Source: Spirochaetia bacterium (GTDB taxonomy: Bacteria > Spirochaetota > Spirochaetia > CAKZLE01). From it: a DNA stretch of 64,000 bases. This document shows positions 37,979-46,996 of the stretch, piece after piece. A program made the translations under genes and the position numbers. Positions within the stretch are counted from its first letter, which is position 1, and every line of letters starts with the position of its first letter. The notes under the pieces were generated by a model. That model did not search any database. It saw only the letters and a list, made by a program, of their open reading frames with translations, and had not been told where the DNA came from. The stretch lies in NCBI GenBank assembly GCA_963677595.1, contig OY782041.1:4096001-4160000 (forward strand), read 5' to 3'.

Positions 37979-40285
37979 TTATTCCCGGTTCAGGGACCTG
38001 ACAAGATCCTCGACATCCTCATAGCTGACACTTCCGTCAGTGTTCATGTCGATATAGGAGTAGATACCCCAGAAGGTCTTCAGGAGTGATGCCTTCACCA
38101 GGGACCTGTCCTCATCAGCCCCGATGAGGCCATGGTCGAGGAGAAAGGAAAAGACGAGATCGTCAGCCCCGGAGACCCTGAAGATCTCCGTGAACCCGCT
38201 CTCTGTCGTGAGCAACGGGTACTTCTCTACAGGGTTGATCCATGCGATCTCGGCAGTCAGCCTGATATCGCGGCTTGATGATGCAAGACTGATCGTATAG
38301 GTCCCGGATGGGGCATCCCAGGACCCGAGAAGCTCATCATAATAGGCAAAGTCGCGGTACTCAAGCTGGAATTCGACACTTTCTGTCTCGCCCGGCTCCA
38401 AGGAGACCCGGGTGAAGCCTTTCAGTTCCCTGACAGGCCTGGCAACCTCGGGACCAACCTGCCCCACATAGAGCTGGACTATCTCATCTCCGGTACTATT
38501 TCCGGTATTCCTGATGTCCGCACGTATCTGGTACACAACGTCCGTAGTTCCCGAGGCAATCGGTGTTAGTACCATGTGGGAATACTCGAAGTTCGTGTAG
38601 GAAAGTCCGAAGCCGAACGGGAACTGCGGTTCGGTTCCCCGGTAGTCGTAGTAGCGATACCCGACAAATACACTCTCCCCATAGTCCTGCTGGAACCGGT
38701 TTCCTGGGAAGCAGCCATACACTGGAGTGTCCTCCACCCGTGCAGGGAACGTCGCAGACAGCTTGCCTGACGGGGACCTCATCCCGAGCAGGATATCAGC
38801 GAGGGCCCATCCCAGTCCTTCCCCGGCGAACCCTGTGTACAGCAGTCCCTGCACATGGTCTATCCACGGCATCACGACCGCATCACCGGAAGCAAGGACC
38901 ACCACGACGGGGGTACCCCTGCCGGAGAGTTCCTCGATAAGCTCTGAATGGGCTGGTTCGATGGATAGGTCCGTCCTGTTATAAGTATCTGATTCCTCCG
39001 GCAGGCGGCAGCCGGCAAATATGATCACCGTATCGGCTTCCTGTATACGTTCGACTGCCTCAGCCAGATAGGTAGGATTTCTTGACAGGTCAGCGTTATA
39101 ACCGGGAAGGTAATCGATAGAGAAATCATCTCCGGCAGCAGACTGCAGCTCTCCCAGGGGAGAGTCCACCGCAGCAGCATTGATGATGGCACAGCCTGTC
39201 CCCTGGTAGAGCGGGTCCACTGCCAAAGTCCCTACAACACACACCTTCGTTCCGGGCTTCAATGGAAGGACACTCCCTTCATTCTTCAGGAGCACCAGTG
39301 AACGGATGGCCGCTTCCCGGGCAAGTTCATGGTTCCGGGTGAAATCAGCTGCAGCTTGCCGGGGCTGCTGTCCCTGCAGGGAGAAGACGACAGACAGGAT
39401 CCTTTCCACCCGCTCGTCCAGGGCCTCAAGGGAGAGCTCCCCACGTTCATATGCTTGCCTCAAGCGATTGAGTGAAGCATGTGATTCAGGCATATGCAGG
39501 TCCAGTCCGCCATCATGGGCCTTGAGAGGATGCGGCACACCGCCCCAATCACTTATGGTCATCCCCTCGAAGCCCCACTCACCTTTGAGGATATCACGCA
39601 GGATATGATGGTTCTCGGAGGCATATTCCCCGTTCACCTTATTATAGGCTGTCATGACCGCTTTCGGCCTGCCCTTTCTCACGACACGCTCGAAGGAGGA
39701 GAGATAGATCTCCCTGAGAGCCCGTTCATCTATACGGGCATCGACCCTGGTCCGGAAATCATCACTGGTATGGCAGACGAAGTGCTTCGGGCAGGCTCCG
39801 ATCCCCTTGGATGCTAACCCTGAGACCACCGCAGCTCCCAAGTCCCCCGATAGACACGGGTCCTCCGAGTAGTATTCGAAATTCCGTCCCGTGAACGGGT
39901 GACGTCGTATGTTCACACCTGGTCCAAGGAGCAGGGAGATCCCAAGGGTGTGGCACTCATCAGCTATGGCTTGACCAGTCTGCCTGATGAGATCCGTATC
40001 CCAGGAACAGGAGATCGTCGACCCGGAGGGGAAACAGGTTGCCTTATGGGTCTTAGCTAGGGCTTCAGCAGTATCGAACCCCTCGCTGCCGTCGATGAAG
40101 CCTGATGATGACTCACCACCAGACTCTATCTGGAACCGGATTCCGTTCGTCCCGTCGCTCATGATGATCGATGGTATCCCCAGATGGGGGAATGCTGCAG
40201 TCCTCCACAACCCGAGTCCTGTCGTCAGCCTGAGTTTCTCTTCCCATGACATGGCCTGGACCAGCGTTTTGATCGTACTGTCCAT
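37979..40285 (-). CDS. GH3 beta-glycosidase with Fn3-like domain
   Basis: SDGTNGIR, GRNFEYYSEDP, KHF, nucleophile SDWG, PSGKL, FPFGFGLSYT, RPVRELKGF. Confidence 0.93.
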   Translation of the reverse strand: MDSTIKTLVQAMSWEEKLRLTTGLGLWRTAAFPHLGIPSIIMSDGTNGIRFQIESGGESSSGFIDGSEGFDTAEALAKTHKATCFPSGSTISCSWDTDLIRQTGQAIADECHTLGISLLLGPGVNIRRHPFTGRNFEYYSEDPCLSGDLGAAVVSGLASKGIGACPKHFVCHTSDDFRTRVDARIDERALREIYLSSFERVVRKGRPKAVMTAYNKVNGEYASENHHILRDILKGEWGFEGMTISDWGGVPHPLKAHDGGLDLHMPESHASLNRLRQAYERGELSLEALDERVERILSVVFSLQGQQPRQAAADFTRNHELAREAAIRSLVLLKNEGSVLPLKPGTKVCVVGTLAVDPLYQGTGCAIINAAAVDSPLGELQSAAGDDFSIDYLPGYNADLSRNPTYLAEAVERIQEADTVIIFAGCRLPEESDTYNRTDLSIEPAHSELIEELSGRGTPVVVVLASGDAVVMPWIDHVQGLLYTGFAGEGLGWALADILLGMRSPSGKLSATFPARVEDTPVYGCFPGNRFQQDYGESVFVGYRYYDYRGTEPQFPFGFGLSYTNFEYSHMVLTPIASGTTDVVYQIRADIRNTGNSTGDEIVQLYVGQVGPEVARPVRELKGFTRVSLEPGETESVEFQLEYRDFAYYDELLGSWDAPSGTYTISLASSSRDIRLTAEIAWINPVEKYPLLTTESGFTEIFRVSGADDLVFSFLLDHGLIGADEDRSLVKASLLKTFWGIYSYIDMNTDGSVSYEDVEDLVRSLNRE

Positions 40286-40337
40286 CGTAGATCCCTCCTT
40301 CAATGTTTCATGTATGCATCAGCGAGACAGGGTTTTG

Positions 40338-42194
40338 TTATCTCGCAATATGATCGAGCAGCCCAAGTCTCCTCAGCGTACGCTCTTCAGGTTTCCCGCC
40401 CTCATCCCAGCCGCGCAGGGCGTAGTATTCAGATTTCATCCTCTCGAGCTGGTTCACGATTCCCATGTGCTCTCCGGTCGATTCCAGCCCAGTCAGACGG
40501 TCCCCTGTGAATTTCTCGATACTGACTGGTTCATGTAAAAACCGGTCAGGGAGGACATCATCCTCACCGGAAAGTCCCTCGCGCAGGTTGAACAGCCGCT
40601 CCATATTGATGATCCGCTCGCCGAGCGCCATCAATGAGTCGAGTGTGATCTGTTCGCCGAAGATCGCGTTATAGCCTTCCAGGAGATCATCAGGCATGAT
40701 CGCAAAGGTCTCTGGACAGGAGAACTTGCAGAGGCCGAATGAATCAGATAGAGCGTTGAATTCTTCCGAGAACTTCACCAGCTGCGGTTTATGCACCGGA
40801 CTTGTCACTTCCAGGATCTCAGGCAGGAGCTCAGGGAAGAGCTTCTCCGCTGCTTTCAGGTTGTGGGAGACATCCAGAGTCGGCAGTCCATAACCCCAGT
40901 CACCTCCCCAGTTGGATACAGCAAGAGAGAGGCCGAATGCCTGTGACTGGCGCGGTTCCTGGCCGGAGAGCTCGACACCCTTCACTTCCATGGCATATGG
41001 CCGTGTTTCGAGGTGATGCAAGGTAAACTCCCTGCTTCCGTCCCTCAACTCTCCGCCGAGACCTTCACCGGAGACTACTTCTGCAAGAAGGCGTCGTACG
41101 GCGTCTTTGTCTCCCCAAGGGAGTACTCGCCCTTCGAGGAGATCCCGCTGGGAACATTCCATGGCAAAAGCGGTTATTCCACCGAAACCGACCGGATCGA
41201 TCCCATACTTGAGGCACTCCTCATAGATTTCTATGATGAAGGGCAGGTCACCGTTCCCGATCCTGGGACCAAGGCCCCACAATGGTTCATAACCAAGAGC
41301 TTCTGTCACGGTGGTCCCCGTATCGACTCTCTTGATGCATTCGATAGCACATCCGGGACACGGCTTGTTCCCCACGACATACTTCCGCAGCTCTTCCACC
41401 CCGATGGTATCGAGCCCGTCGAAATGGGTGAGCTGGTGGTTGTTCGTCGCCAGGTCCCCCACCTGGTTCTTGCTCTCAAGCAGCATCGCTTTCCCGAGAT
41501 TCTTCAGCTTGACTGAAGCGGGATGCTCCATGACCTGTTTTCTTTTAACCTGTACCAGTCCCTGGAAATCCCTTGGGACCTGCGGATTCGGGGTATTGGG
41601 GTATATCGTCAGGGACTTGAGCTGCTTGCTCCCCATGACAGCTCCCAATCCTGTACGGGGGGAGGTGTGGTATTCGTCGAACACGATGGTCCCGAGCCCG
41701 GCAAGCTGTTCCCCTGCAGGGCCGATGATCGCTGTAGAGGCCCCGGGATATCTCTCCCGCAGGACTACGGAAGTTTCCCGCGTGTCCAACCCCCAGAGAC
41801 CTGCTGCATCCTCGAAATAGACAGAACCCTTCTCGATATGGCAGGAGACCGGCTCTGAGGCCTTTCCGGTGATCACGATCCCCGTAAGGCCTTGACTCGC
41901 AAGGTCCTTGCCAAAGCTTCCCCAGGTGAATGCACCTCCGAGAGCATGGGTGAGGGGAGACTTCGCCGTGATCTGGGTCTGTACGGAACTCGGCCAGTCG
42001 GTCCCGCAGAACGGGCCGATGGTCAAGATCAGGGGATTTGCAGGATCCAGAGCATCTATACCGCTCCTGCAGTATTCGAAGAGAAGCTCGATACCAAGCC
42101 CCCTGCCCCCGATCACCTGTTTCATGACTGCTTCATCGAGCTCCCGCACTTGAGCATCTCGCTTTCCAAGATCTATATGTACAATACGATTCAT
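40338..42194 (-). CDS. Aldehyde:ferredoxin oxidoreductase (tungstopterin) family
   Basis: IGGRGLG, KSPLT, IGPAGE, GAVMGSK, CxxCxxxC, DSFGLCKF, ERLFNLREG, YY.LRGWD. Confidence 0.9.
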   Translation of the reverse strand: MNRIVHIDLGKRDAQVRELDEAVMKQVIGGRGLGIELLFEYCRSGIDALDPANPLILTIGPFCGTDWPSSVQTQITAKSPLTHALGGAFTWGSFGKDLASQGLTGIVITGKASEPVSCHIEKGSVYFEDAAGLWGLDTRETSVVLRERYPGASTAIIGPAGEQLAGLGTIVFDEYHTSPRTGLGAVMGSKQLKSLTIYPNTPNPQVPRDFQGLVQVKRKQVMEHPASVKLKNLGKAMLLESKNQVGDLATNNHQLTHFDGLDTIGVEELRKYVVGNKPCPGCAIECIKRVDTGTTVTEALGYEPLWGLGPRIGNGDLPFIIEIYEECLKYGIDPVGFGGITAFAMECSQRDLLEGRVLPWGDKDAVRRLLAEVVSGEGLGGELRDGSREFTLHHLETRPYAMEVKGVELSGQEPRQSQAFGLSLAVSNWGGDWGYGLPTLDVSHNLKAAEKLFPELLPEILEVTSPVHKPQLVKFSEEFNALSDSFGLCKFSCPETFAIMPDDLLEGYNAIFGEQITLDSLMALGERIINMERLFNLREGLSGEDDVLPDRFLHEPVSIEKFTGDRLTGLESTGEHMGIVNQLERMKSEYYALRGWDEGGKPEERTLRRLGLLDHIAR

Positions 42195-42229
42195 GTGATA
42201 TGTGACTCCATGCAATAGGTCGAGCCGAT

Positions 42230-42439
42230 TCAGAGGTTCACTGAGACTCGGTACACGCGATGATCACCATGATCTATCGGTGCAGTGTTCATGAGAGCCT
42301 CATTAAGACATCTGACGAGGATACTTTCCTGAAGGTCCGGATGCAGATTCAGGATATCCAAAGGGAATTTCGGATGCTGTTCATTATACTGGTCCACAAG
42401 CAGCCAGGTGCTTACTTCATACTCAGGCACACGTTTCAT
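42230..42439 (-). CDS. Small hypothetical protein (69 aa)
   Basis: Fills the operon gap between ADH and AOR genes; RBS GAGGAG 6 nt upstream. Confidence 0.55.
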   Translation of the reverse strand: MKRVPEYEVSTWLLVDQYNEQHPKFPLDILNLHPDLQESILVRCLNEALMNTAPIDHGDHRVYRVSVNL

Positions 42440-42462
42440 GTCTCACTCCTCTGGTCTGTACG

Positions 42463-43587
42463 CTATACTCCTGCAGCCTTCCTCAGCAGCGCTGAACAGG
42501 CTTCCGGGGAAGCCGGCTTGATGTTGTTCTTCATGAGGAACATCGCAGACCCGATCTTCCCGAGCGCATCGAAGTCCCCTTCTTCCTTCAGCTGGGCCCG
42601 GACCTTCTCCAAGGCTTCCTGCAGTCCCAGCTCCTCCTGCAGGCTTTGCAGGATCGGGATGCAATCTGTATGGTCCTTCCCTCCAAGCAGCACCGCCAGC
42701 TCATCATAGACAGCTTCATTCCCGGCAACATTGAACTCAAGGGCATACGGCAGCAGGAAGGTGTTTCCCAGCCCGTGCGAGACATGCAGCGCACTGCAGA
42801 ACGGCGCTGAGATCGAGTGCACGATCCCCAGACCTCCCAGGTCCATCGCGATCCCAGCCATCATGGCAGCCTTTGCCATATCGCTCCTTGCCTCAAGGTC
42901 ACTCCCGTCCTTCACCACCTTCGCGAGAGAGCCCATGACCAGCTTGATCGCTGATTCGGCCAAGCTCAGGATGATCGGGTTCCGGTTGACGCCCGTGAAC
43001 GCCTCGATCCCGTGCGTGAGCGCATCCATCCCGGTGATCGCCGTCAAAAACGGCGGCAGTCCCGCCATCAGTTCCGGGTCGATCACCGCAAGGTCTGCGA
43101 AGATCGCATCCTGCTTGATCCCCTTCTTCGTGTTCCTGCTCCCGATCACCGCGACCCCGGTAACTTCACTTCCCGTCCCGGCTGTAGTGGGTACGGCAGC
43201 CAATGGCAGCGGGGTGGTCTCAAAGACCCGGTTATTCCACTGGTAGTCTTCCATCGGCCCGTCATTCACCGCCAGGCAGCATGCTGCCTTCGCCGTGTCG
43301 ATCACGCTCCCGCCTCCAAGTGCCACTACTTGACGGTACCCACCATCACGCAGCACCTGTACTAAGGCCATGACCATATCCTCATCAGGGTCAGGCAGCA
43401 CTGCATCATAGATACCAGTCTCCAGCCCTGAATCCTCAAGGGTCTTTTGCATCGTTCCCGCGAGTCCTGCTGCTACCAGCCCCTTGTCGGTGACCAGCAG
43501 CGTCTTCCCATTCCCGAGCGCCTTCGCGATCTCCTTCGATGCCCCTGTTCCCTCTATGATCCGTACCGGAAGGTAAAAACTTGTCAT
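42463..43587 (-). CDS. Iron-containing alcohol dehydrogenase
   Basis: GGGSVIDTAK, PTTAGTGSEVT, DALTHGIEA, HG. Confidence 0.93.
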   Translation of the reverse strand: MTSFYLPVRIIEGTGASKEIAKALGNGKTLLVTDKGLVAAGLAGTMQKTLEDSGLETGIYDAVLPDPDEDMVMALVQVLRDGGYRQVVALGGGSVIDTAKAACCLAVNDGPMEDYQWNNRVFETTPLPLAAVPTTAGTGSEVTGVAVIGSRNTKKGIKQDAIFADLAVIDPELMAGLPPFLTAITGMDALTHGIEAFTGVNRNPIILSLAESAIKLVMGSLAKVVKDGSDLEARSDMAKAAMMAGIAMDLGGLGIVHSISAPFCSALHVSHGLGNTFLLPYALEFNVAGNEAVYDELAVLLGGKDHTDCIPILQSLQEELGLQEALEKVRAQLKEEGDFDALGKIGSAMFLMKNNIKPASPEACSALLRKAAGV

Positions 43588-43597
43588 TTCTTCGCTC

Positions 43598-45079
43598 CTA
43601 TTTCGCGGTGTTGACCCATACCGATCGCAGTTCCGTCACCGCCTCGATCGCGGCCGTCCCGTTATCCCGTCCGTATCCGCTCTCCTTGAACCCGCCGAAC
43701 GGCACGTTCGCCGAGAACATATCATAGGTGTTCACCCAGACGGCTCCGGCCTCAAGCGCAGAGGAGACTCTCATCGCCTTCCCCACGTTTTCAGTCCATA
43801 CCGCAGCGGCCAGCCCGTATCTGGTGTCATTGGCCCGCTCGATCACTTCCTCTTCGGTCTTGAAGGAATAGATGCATACCACCGGCCCGAAGATCTCCTC
43901 TTTCGAGATCACCGCATCATCCGGTACATCCGTGAACACGGTCGGCTCGATATAGTACCCGCCAGACGGCAGGTCCCCGCCGCTCATGGCGTTGCCGCCT
44001 GTTACCAGCGTTCCCTCGTCTTTCCCCGTCTCGATATACTCCATCACTGTCTTGTACTGGTGCTTATCGATGATCGGTCCCAGCACGGTTCCCTCATCCA
44101 TCGCGATCCCCGTCTTGGCTTCCTCGATCTTCTTCAGCAGTCCAGAGAGCACCTGCTCATAGATCCCTTCCTGGACATACAGACGGCTCCCGGCCACGCA
44201 GCTCTGCCCGGTATTCCCGAAAGCTGCCAGAAACGCTCCGTTGACCGCTTTCTCGATATCGGCATCGTTGAAGACGATGTTCGGCGCCTTGCTCCCCAGT
44301 TCGAGGGTCACCCGTTTCAGGTCCTCTGCCCCCGCCTTGATGATCGCCTTCCCTACCGGCGTTGATCCCGTGATCTGTACTTTCCGGATTCCCGGATGAT
44401 GTGCGATCGCGTTCCCGATCACACTTCCCCTTCCCGTCACGATGTTCAACACTCCTGCCGGCATCCCAGCCTCGCAAGCCAGTTCCCCCAGCCTGAGGAT
44501 ACATAATGACGCCACTGATGCCGGCTTGATGATCACGCAGTTCCCTGCTGCCAGCGCAGGGCCCGCCTTCTGAGAGAAGTGGATCAACGGGTAGTTCCAC
44601 GGCAGGATGATACCTATCGTACCAAGCGGGTGCCGCGTCGAATAGACGAACAGGTTCGGGATAGAAACAGGGATCGTTTCTCCGTTGATCCTGCTCGGGA
44701 TCCCTGAGGCATGCATCATATTCCGCGATGATACCGGTGCGTCGATCTTCATCGTATGGTTGATCGGTTTCCCCGTCTCCAGCGATTCGAGCTGCGCCAG
44801 CTCATCCTGATGTACTTCGATCAGCTGCGCAAACTTCCGAAGAACACTCTCACGGTACCCCGGTGCCGCTTTTGACCAACCCGGGAAAGCTGCTGCTGCA
44901 GCTGCTACAGCCGCATCGACATCAGACGCATCTGACGATGCGGTCAGCCCCAACCGGCTCCCGTCCGAGGCATTCCTCGCTGCCGCCTGTCCCCCGCTTA
45001 TCGCCGGGACGAAGGCCCCGCCTATCAGGTTCCCTTTCGCTTCACGTAAGAAACCCTCTACCTGTTCCAACATCTCCAT
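43598..45079 (-). CDS. NAD(P)-dependent aldehyde dehydrogenase
   Basis: PWNYP, TGST.VG, LELG.K, GQSCVAG, EEIFGPV, PFGGFKESG. Confidence 0.95.
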   Translation of the reverse strand: MEMLEQVEGFLREAKGNLIGGAFVPAISGGQAAARNASDGSRLGLTASSDASDVDAAVAAAAAAFPGWSKAAPGYRESVLRKFAQLIEVHQDELAQLESLETGKPINHTMKIDAPVSSRNMMHASGIPSRINGETIPVSIPNLFVYSTRHPLGTIGIILPWNYPLIHFSQKAGPALAAGNCVIIKPASVASLCILRLGELACEAGMPAGVLNIVTGRGSVIGNAIAHHPGIRKVQITGSTPVGKAIIKAGAEDLKRVTLELGSKAPNIVFNDADIEKAVNGAFLAAFGNTGQSCVAGSRLYVQEGIYEQVLSGLLKKIEEAKTGIAMDEGTVLGPIIDKHQYKTVMEYIETGKDEGTLVTGGNAMSGGDLPSGGYYIEPTVFTDVPDDAVISKEEIFGPVVCIYSFKTEEEVIERANDTRYGLAAAVWTENVGKAMRVSSALEAGAVWVNTYDMFSANVPFGGFKESGYGRDNGTAAIEAVTELRSVWVNTAK

Positions 45080-45122
45080 CTTCTCCACCTCGTTATCTCT
45101 ATATCGTCTCTTCCGTATTCTG

Positions 45123-46463
45123 TTATGAGAAGTCCAGCGTACTCAAATCATAGGATGGGTACACCACTTTCTTCAAATCCTTCATATGGGCTTTCGATGT
45201 GGCATCGATCCCGGTCTTGTTCTGTACTCCCACTGAGTCGCTGCACGGATCGAGCTCATGCCCCTGCGAGTTCGGAATCACGAAGACATCCTCCCGCGGG
45301 TTCACCCGGTTGGTCACGGCCCACCAGACCTCTGCTGCGTTGTAGATATCTGTATCCTCATCTACCACGATCACGTTCTTGATGTTCACATGGCTCGTCA
45401 TCGCAGCCATCGCTACGTTCTTCGGTTCCCCGTCATTGGACTTCCGCATCTGCACGATCGCCAGGAACCCTGACCCGTACGGAGGGATATGGACATCCAG
45501 CACATTCGCGGACACGTAGGTGCAGTGTTTTTCCAGCAGTGGTTCCCTCGGCAGCACGTTCCCCAGGTTGATATGCTCGAACGAGCCCCCGTTCATCGTC
45601 TGCCAGATCGCCCCATCGCGTCGGCAGATCGCTTTCAACTTGAAGACAGGGCTCTCCCAGAGTTTACCGTAGTGTCCCGTGAACTCAGCGAGCGGGCCCT
45701 CTTTTTCCAGCGTATCGGGGAGGATCTCCCCTTCAAGCACAAACTCGGCATGTGCCGGCACCATGATATCGCTCGTCTGGCACTTCACCACCTTGATGGG
45801 CTGCTTCCTGATCGCTGAGGCGATCTCCATCTCATCCCCGTCATACCGGAAACCTGCCGCGATCAGGATCGCCGGGTCCACGCCGACCGCTACGGCGATC
45901 GGCAGTCCCTCACCCTTCGCCCAGGCCTTCTTCATCATCTCCCGCAGATGCCGCCACTCATTGATCATGATCCCCGAACGGTTTGCACTCTTGATGTGCA
46001 TCCGCTGGAAGGAGACGTTCTGGCGCCCGGTCTCGGGGTCCTTTGAGATACATGCCCCCGCGGTGATGAACGGACCCCCGTCAAGGGGTGCATGGGTCGG
46101 TATCGGCAACTCCAGCAGGGAAGCTTCAGTCCCTGTCAGGATGTTCGCATGGAATTCGGCTGTCGCCACTTCTTTCGGCTTCACCGGGTGCTCATAGGCT
46201 TCCATCAGCACCTTGGAGATCTCGTTCGTCTCACATCCAAGCGCCAGGGCGATCTTCTTATGGCTTGAGAGCAGGCCGCCAACCACTTCTCCGGGTCTCC
46301 CCTTCAGGTTCTTGAAATGGACTGCCGGCAGGCCGCCCTTCTCGACCGTTGCCAGAATACTTCCCAGCTCCTGCTCGAGGTCGACCGGGCTCTCCAGCAG
46401 GTTCAATTCCCCCTGCTTTCTGAGCAGCTCCATATATGTTCGTAAATCGCTTACCACAGGCAT
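45123..46463 (-). CDS. UbiD-family prFMN-dependent (de)carboxylase
   Basis: DGGPFIT, NVSFQR, AVAVGVDP, EFVLEG, EGPLAEFTGHY, VIVVDED.DI, GIDAT. Confidence 0.93.
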   Translation of the reverse strand: MPVVSDLRTYMELLRKQGELNLLESPVDLEQELGSILATVEKGGLPAVHFKNLKGRPGEVVGGLLSSHKKIALALGCETNEISKVLMEAYEHPVKPKEVATAEFHANILTGTEASLLELPIPTHAPLDGGPFITAGACISKDPETGRQNVSFQRMHIKSANRSGIMINEWRHLREMMKKAWAKGEGLPIAVAVGVDPAILIAAGFRYDGDEMEIASAIRKQPIKVVKCQTSDIMVPAHAEFVLEGEILPDTLEKEGPLAEFTGHYGKLWESPVFKLKAICRRDGAIWQTMNGGSFEHINLGNVLPREPLLEKHCTYVSANVLDVHIPPYGSGFLAIVQMRKSNDGEPKNVAMAAMTSHVNIKNVIVVDEDTDIYNAAEVWWAVTNRVNPREDVFVIPNSQGHELDPCSDSVGVQNKTGIDATSKAHMKDLKKVVYPSYDLSTLDFS

Positions 46464-46548
46464 CCCCTTATTCGTTATTCTTATCATGACCATTCTACCA
46501 AGCTGAATCAATAGATGCAAAAAGAATCAACCAGCATGCAATACCTGG

Positions 46549-46923
46549 TTAGAAATCAGAGGGTTCCCGTACGATGGAGACAGCAGAGTAATCGACCAGC
46601 CCTCCGATCGCCACTGACGGCTTCTTCACCGTGATCCGGATCTGTTTCACCGGGTATGCGGCATTGATCTCCTCAGCAATCCGGTATGCCAGACGCTGCA
46701 GCAGCTTATGCTCCTCGGTAGTCACGACTTTCTTCACGATGTTGAACACCGATACATAGCTGAATCCCTTCTCCAGGTCATCAGTCAGGCACATCTCGGT
46801 CATGTCGAGTACGACTTCCGCATCCACGATGAACTTCTGTCCCAGCGTGTTCTCCTCGGCGAAATGTCCATGAGTTGCCCACAGCTGGATGTTCTTCACG
46901 ATCAACACATCTTCTTTTACCAT
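46549..46923 (-). CDS. FolB (dihydroneopterin aldolase) T-fold homolog, Gln variant
   Basis: HG..AEE..LGQKF.VD, DDL...SY, LLQRLA, VKKP. Confidence 0.85.
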   Translation of the reverse strand: MVKEDVLIVKNIQLWATHGHFAEENTLGQKFIVDAEVVLDMTEMCLTDDLEKGFSYVSVFNIVKKVVTTEEHKLLQRLAYRIAEEINAAYPVKQIRITVKKPSVAIGGLVDYSAVSIVREPSDF

Positions 46924-46996
46924 TGTATTCACCTCTTATTCATAAAATCATTCACGGTCATCGTTGTCCTCTATGATAACCGCCTCCATCCTGCAC

